This document shows positions 60,230 to 64,000 of a stretch of 64,000 nucleotides of DNA, piece after piece. Position 1 is the stretch's first letter. Every line of letters starts with the position of its first letter. Position numbers and translations under genes: made by a program. Source of the stretch: Octopus sinensis (taxonomy: Eukaryota); the NCBI RefSeq assembly GCF_006345805.1, contig NC_043014.1, positions 34,968,001 to 35,032,000 on the forward strand. Reading direction: 5' to 3'. The notes below the pieces were generated by a model. The model was not told the origin of the DNA. It did not search any database and saw nothing but the letters and a program-made list of their open reading frames with translations.

Positions 60230-61675
60230 TGACTTACAACCCACATTAGACTGCAGCTCAGTTGTGATGATACAGACAGAACCTTTTCAAAGCAACTGTC
60301 GGACATCAGTAATGGCACTTCGGTTGGCGAGAAGGATGGCTGGGTAAGCTTGCCTTTTCGACATATGGTATCTGATTTAAAGGAACTAATGAATAAGGTG
60401 TTTCCTAACCTGAGGAATCAGTTTACAGACCACAACTGACCATTTTAGTTCCAAAGAATGTGGCAGTTGATGGTTTGAACATCAAACTTCTGAAACAGTT
60501 GCCAGGTGAGCGTCACATCTAAAATTCCATTGACACTGTACTCAACATCGATGAAGCTGTGAATTATCCAGTTGAATTCTTGAATAGTCTAACACCACCT
60601 GGCCTCCTATCTCACAACTTGCACCTCAAGATTGTAGTACAGTTATGCTGCTTCGAAACCTTGATCGACTAAAGCTTTGCAATGGCACATGACTTATGAT
60701 AAAGAAGATGATGCCAACAATCTTGGAGACAACAATTTTAATTACTAAAGCAAGCGGTGAGCCTATATTCATTCCTAGAATTCCACTTATTCCCTCAGAT
60801 AGGCCTTTCCAGTACAAGTGCCTGCAATTCTCATTGAAACTGAGCTTTGCAATGAGCATCAACAAGGCCCAGAGGCAGACCTTGAATGTAGTAGGTCTGA
60901 ACTTGGGGGAACCGGGTTTCTCCCATGGTCAACTTTATGTGGGATGTTCAAGAGTCAGCAATCCTAATCATTTGTTTATTTATGCCCCACGAGGAAAGAC
61001 CAAAAATGTTGTTTATCAAGAAGCTCCGCAAACTTAATAAGATTCACCAAATCATCAGGTATTTATAATTTAACTGTAATATTTGAAAGTGTTGTAAATG
61101 TATTGATAATCTACATGTTATTTTATTCTTAAATCTATATGGAAATTTATTTGTATGTCTACTGTAAAACTAAATGTCAGTCTGTTTCTACATTCATTGT
61201 AAATCTAGTTCAACGCTAGTGCCCCTAAGGGCTATATTCTCAGGAATGCACAAAAGCCCTTTTCAGAGTTATTTACTTTGAATTGTTATTATCTCATATT
61301 TGATTAACCTGTTATTACATAACATGCTTCACGATTTTGGTATACATACCTTATTGGTATTTCCACCTAAGTTCTATATACTCTGGAAATGCATTAAAGC
61401 CATTTTCAGGGCTACTTTATTTGAATTATTACTATTGGGTAACTAATTCCAAGTTATTATGTAACTGACTTCATGACTTGGGTATTCATAACTTATTGGG
61501 ATTTCCTAAAAACAAGATCCTGTGTAAGACAGTTTGGTATTTTCTGTAAATGCACAAAAACCATTCTAAGGGTTTCATACTTTGTATTGTTGTTATTGTA
61601 TTAGCAAAACAATTATGAGAATGGAACCAAAGGATAAGCCCCACTTTACCGGGAATTACTGGGTACATCAGCTAG
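60230..61675 (+). mobile_element. Helitron remnant: PIF1-like helicase C-terminus plus 3' terminus
   Basis: [52 protein letters not shown] with stops and frameshifts. Subterminal hairpin followed by CTAG at 61672-61675. Confidence 0.85.
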
Positions 61676-64000
61676 TATATATATATATATATTATATATA
61701 TATATATATATCTAAGAGAAAGAGAGAGAGAGACATAGGTATAGAAAGAAACACCTTATAAATAATAATGGCTTACTGTCAGAATTTCAAACTATGTTCA
61801 ATTATCTGAAATATCAGGTTCACTGAATTAGTGTGTAATTGACACAGTATTCCATAGACATGTATATCCTTAATGTTATTGTATTTTCAGGTAGAATCAG
61901 TGTAACACAATGTGACAAAGAAGGACCTTTGAATTACAGGCACAAATCTATTTGATGGGCTTTTGCACAACTTCCGTCTGCCCAATGTCACTCACATAGT
62001 ATGGATTGAGTTGTGGCTATAGAAAATGACATTTGCTCAAGATGCTCAAATGATGTTCGCTCAGGGTGTATACAAATATACATTTGCTCAAGACGTATAC
62101 AAACATACATTCATGCAGATGTATGCATACATATGTACAGTATGTGTATGCATTCTCAACACCTTCCTCTTTGGCTCATCTTATATAACAATGTAATTCT
62201 AGTGTCTGCACTAAAGATGCACATAATGCTAAAGCTAACTCCCAAGCAAATTTAGAAATTATTGAATATTAAAATTTATTAGGGAAAAATATTTGCTTGG
62301 AACTATTTTTCACTAGTCAATAAATAACAACTTCAGAGAAAAAAAAAAAAGCATTCCTCATATACTTCAGTCTCTTACATAAGACAAATGAACAAATCTC
62401 CCTCCACCACCACAGAATGAAACTTTGATTTAACAGATTAATAGTAGGGAAGGCCTGTTCATCATTGCTATAAATGCATTAAATTGAAGGGTGCAAATTT
62501 GAAAGTTATCAATGTTAAAAAGAAAAAAGCATTAATGCTGTTCATAATGCATAACAGATAATTATTCATCATCATCATCGTTTAGTGTCCGCTTTCCATG
62601 CTAGCATGGGTTGGACGGTTCAACTGGGGTTTGGGAAGCCAGAAGGCTGCCCCAGGCCCAGTCTGATCTGGCAATGTTTCTGACTAGGCCTGGTGCAGCC
62701 TTCTGGCTTCCCAGACCCCAGTTGAACCGTCCAACATTTATATTTAACATTATATTTGACATTTATTTTCCTTTCTGATAATGCAGTTGTAGAGTATTGT
62801 GCCATGATCATAGTTGTACTAGAGAATTGCATTATCCTTATTTGGTTCATTAAATCTGAAATTCATTTATTTGGAGTCTGTTAACTGAATGCTTACTATC
62901 AATTTATCTGTCTGTTTATCTTAGCATAATGGCCTAGTGATAAGAGTGTTGGATTCACAATCATAAATCCTAATGTATTGTGTTGTTGAGCAAGGCACTT
63001 CATTTCATGCTGCTTTAGTCCACTTGGTAAGCAATTAGGAGTTAACCTTGTACCAGACTAGAGTCTCATCTAGAGACTGACTTGTACTCTCAGTAGCTTA
63101 ATGCTTTAGAAATTAAGATAAGCAATGGTTCAATATACCTGTAGATTCGAGACAGGTGTTAACCTATTTTATTGGTATGTTATTATCTCTGTTATCTTTT
63201 ACTTGTTTTCAGGTGGACAATGATCACGCTTGGGCAACATCTTGGAGGGATTCTACTCAATCAGATCAACTCTAGTACATATTTTTAGATCTGATACTTA
63301 TTCTATTGAGCTCTTTTGCTGAAATGCTATGTAGCAGTGTTGTAAAGAAATCAACACGCATACATAGACATTTATATATATATAATAATAATAACAATAA
63401 CAACAATAACAATAATAATAATAATAATAATAATAATTATAACTCCAAACTTACAGGGAAAAATTCAATTTAGTATTAAATCAAATTTTGTGCAGTAATA
63501 GGTTGTCTTTGACAATATTTGATGTAATGTGATGAAGTTGATCAGCAGATTAAGTAACATTTTGAATAGCATAATAGTGGTTTTTCTCTAATTTATATGT
63601 ATATATATATATGATAGGCTTTCATCTACTAAATTCATTCACAAGGCATTGGTTGATAGAGTGCTATAGTAGAAGACACTTGTCCAAAGTGGCACACAGT
63701 GGGACTGAACCTGTGGTTTCAAAGGAAGCTTCTTAACCACGGCAATGCTTACACGTCTTGTTATTTTTGTAGATAGCTATTTTCAGAAAACTGGCCATAT
63801 AGTTAACATTATTCACTGTTTGAGTGAATAGACATGCTCTGAGTATACTCTTGTATATTGGAGGGGGACAACAGGGAGAACGCACTTGTTTTATTGGTCA
63901 GGGGGATCATGGTTTTTGTTGGGCTTCCAGGAGCTGTCCTCACTTTTGGAGAATTTATCTTTGAAATTTGTCTTTGTTGTTATATGCAATCCTATACTGT

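Overview
AT-rich, repeat-dense eukaryotic genomic DNA, most likely from an octopus (coleoid cephalopod). The organism call is an inference from the SINE families and the abundant (TA)n/(CAT)n microsatellites. The window holds two convergent intron-containing genes whose exons I assembled by hand from splice sites and reading phase. (1) On +, the last five coding exons (~626 aa, N-terminus outside the window) of a class II POU transcription factor (Oct-1/POU2F1/nubbin-pdm type), stop at 20287. (2) On -, a complete 7-exon, 379-aa lachesin/IgLON-like three-Ig-domain protein with a signal peptide and GPI-type tail (ATG 52200, stop 30893). The rest is SINEs, RTE/CR1/HERO-like LINE fragments, a Helitron remnant, MITEs, minisatellites and many fold-back palindromes. 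The most notable unannotated signal is a set of hammerhead ribozyme (HHR) motifs: a tandem ~357-nt HHR-bearing repeat resembling a non-LTR retrozyme (57982-59137), a hammerhead core in non-canonical pseudoknotted strand order in the 3' UTR of a HERO-like retrotransposon (57446-57557), and minimal HHRs in a POU2 intron. All folds were paired by eye and none were computed. Repeat boundaries are approximate.
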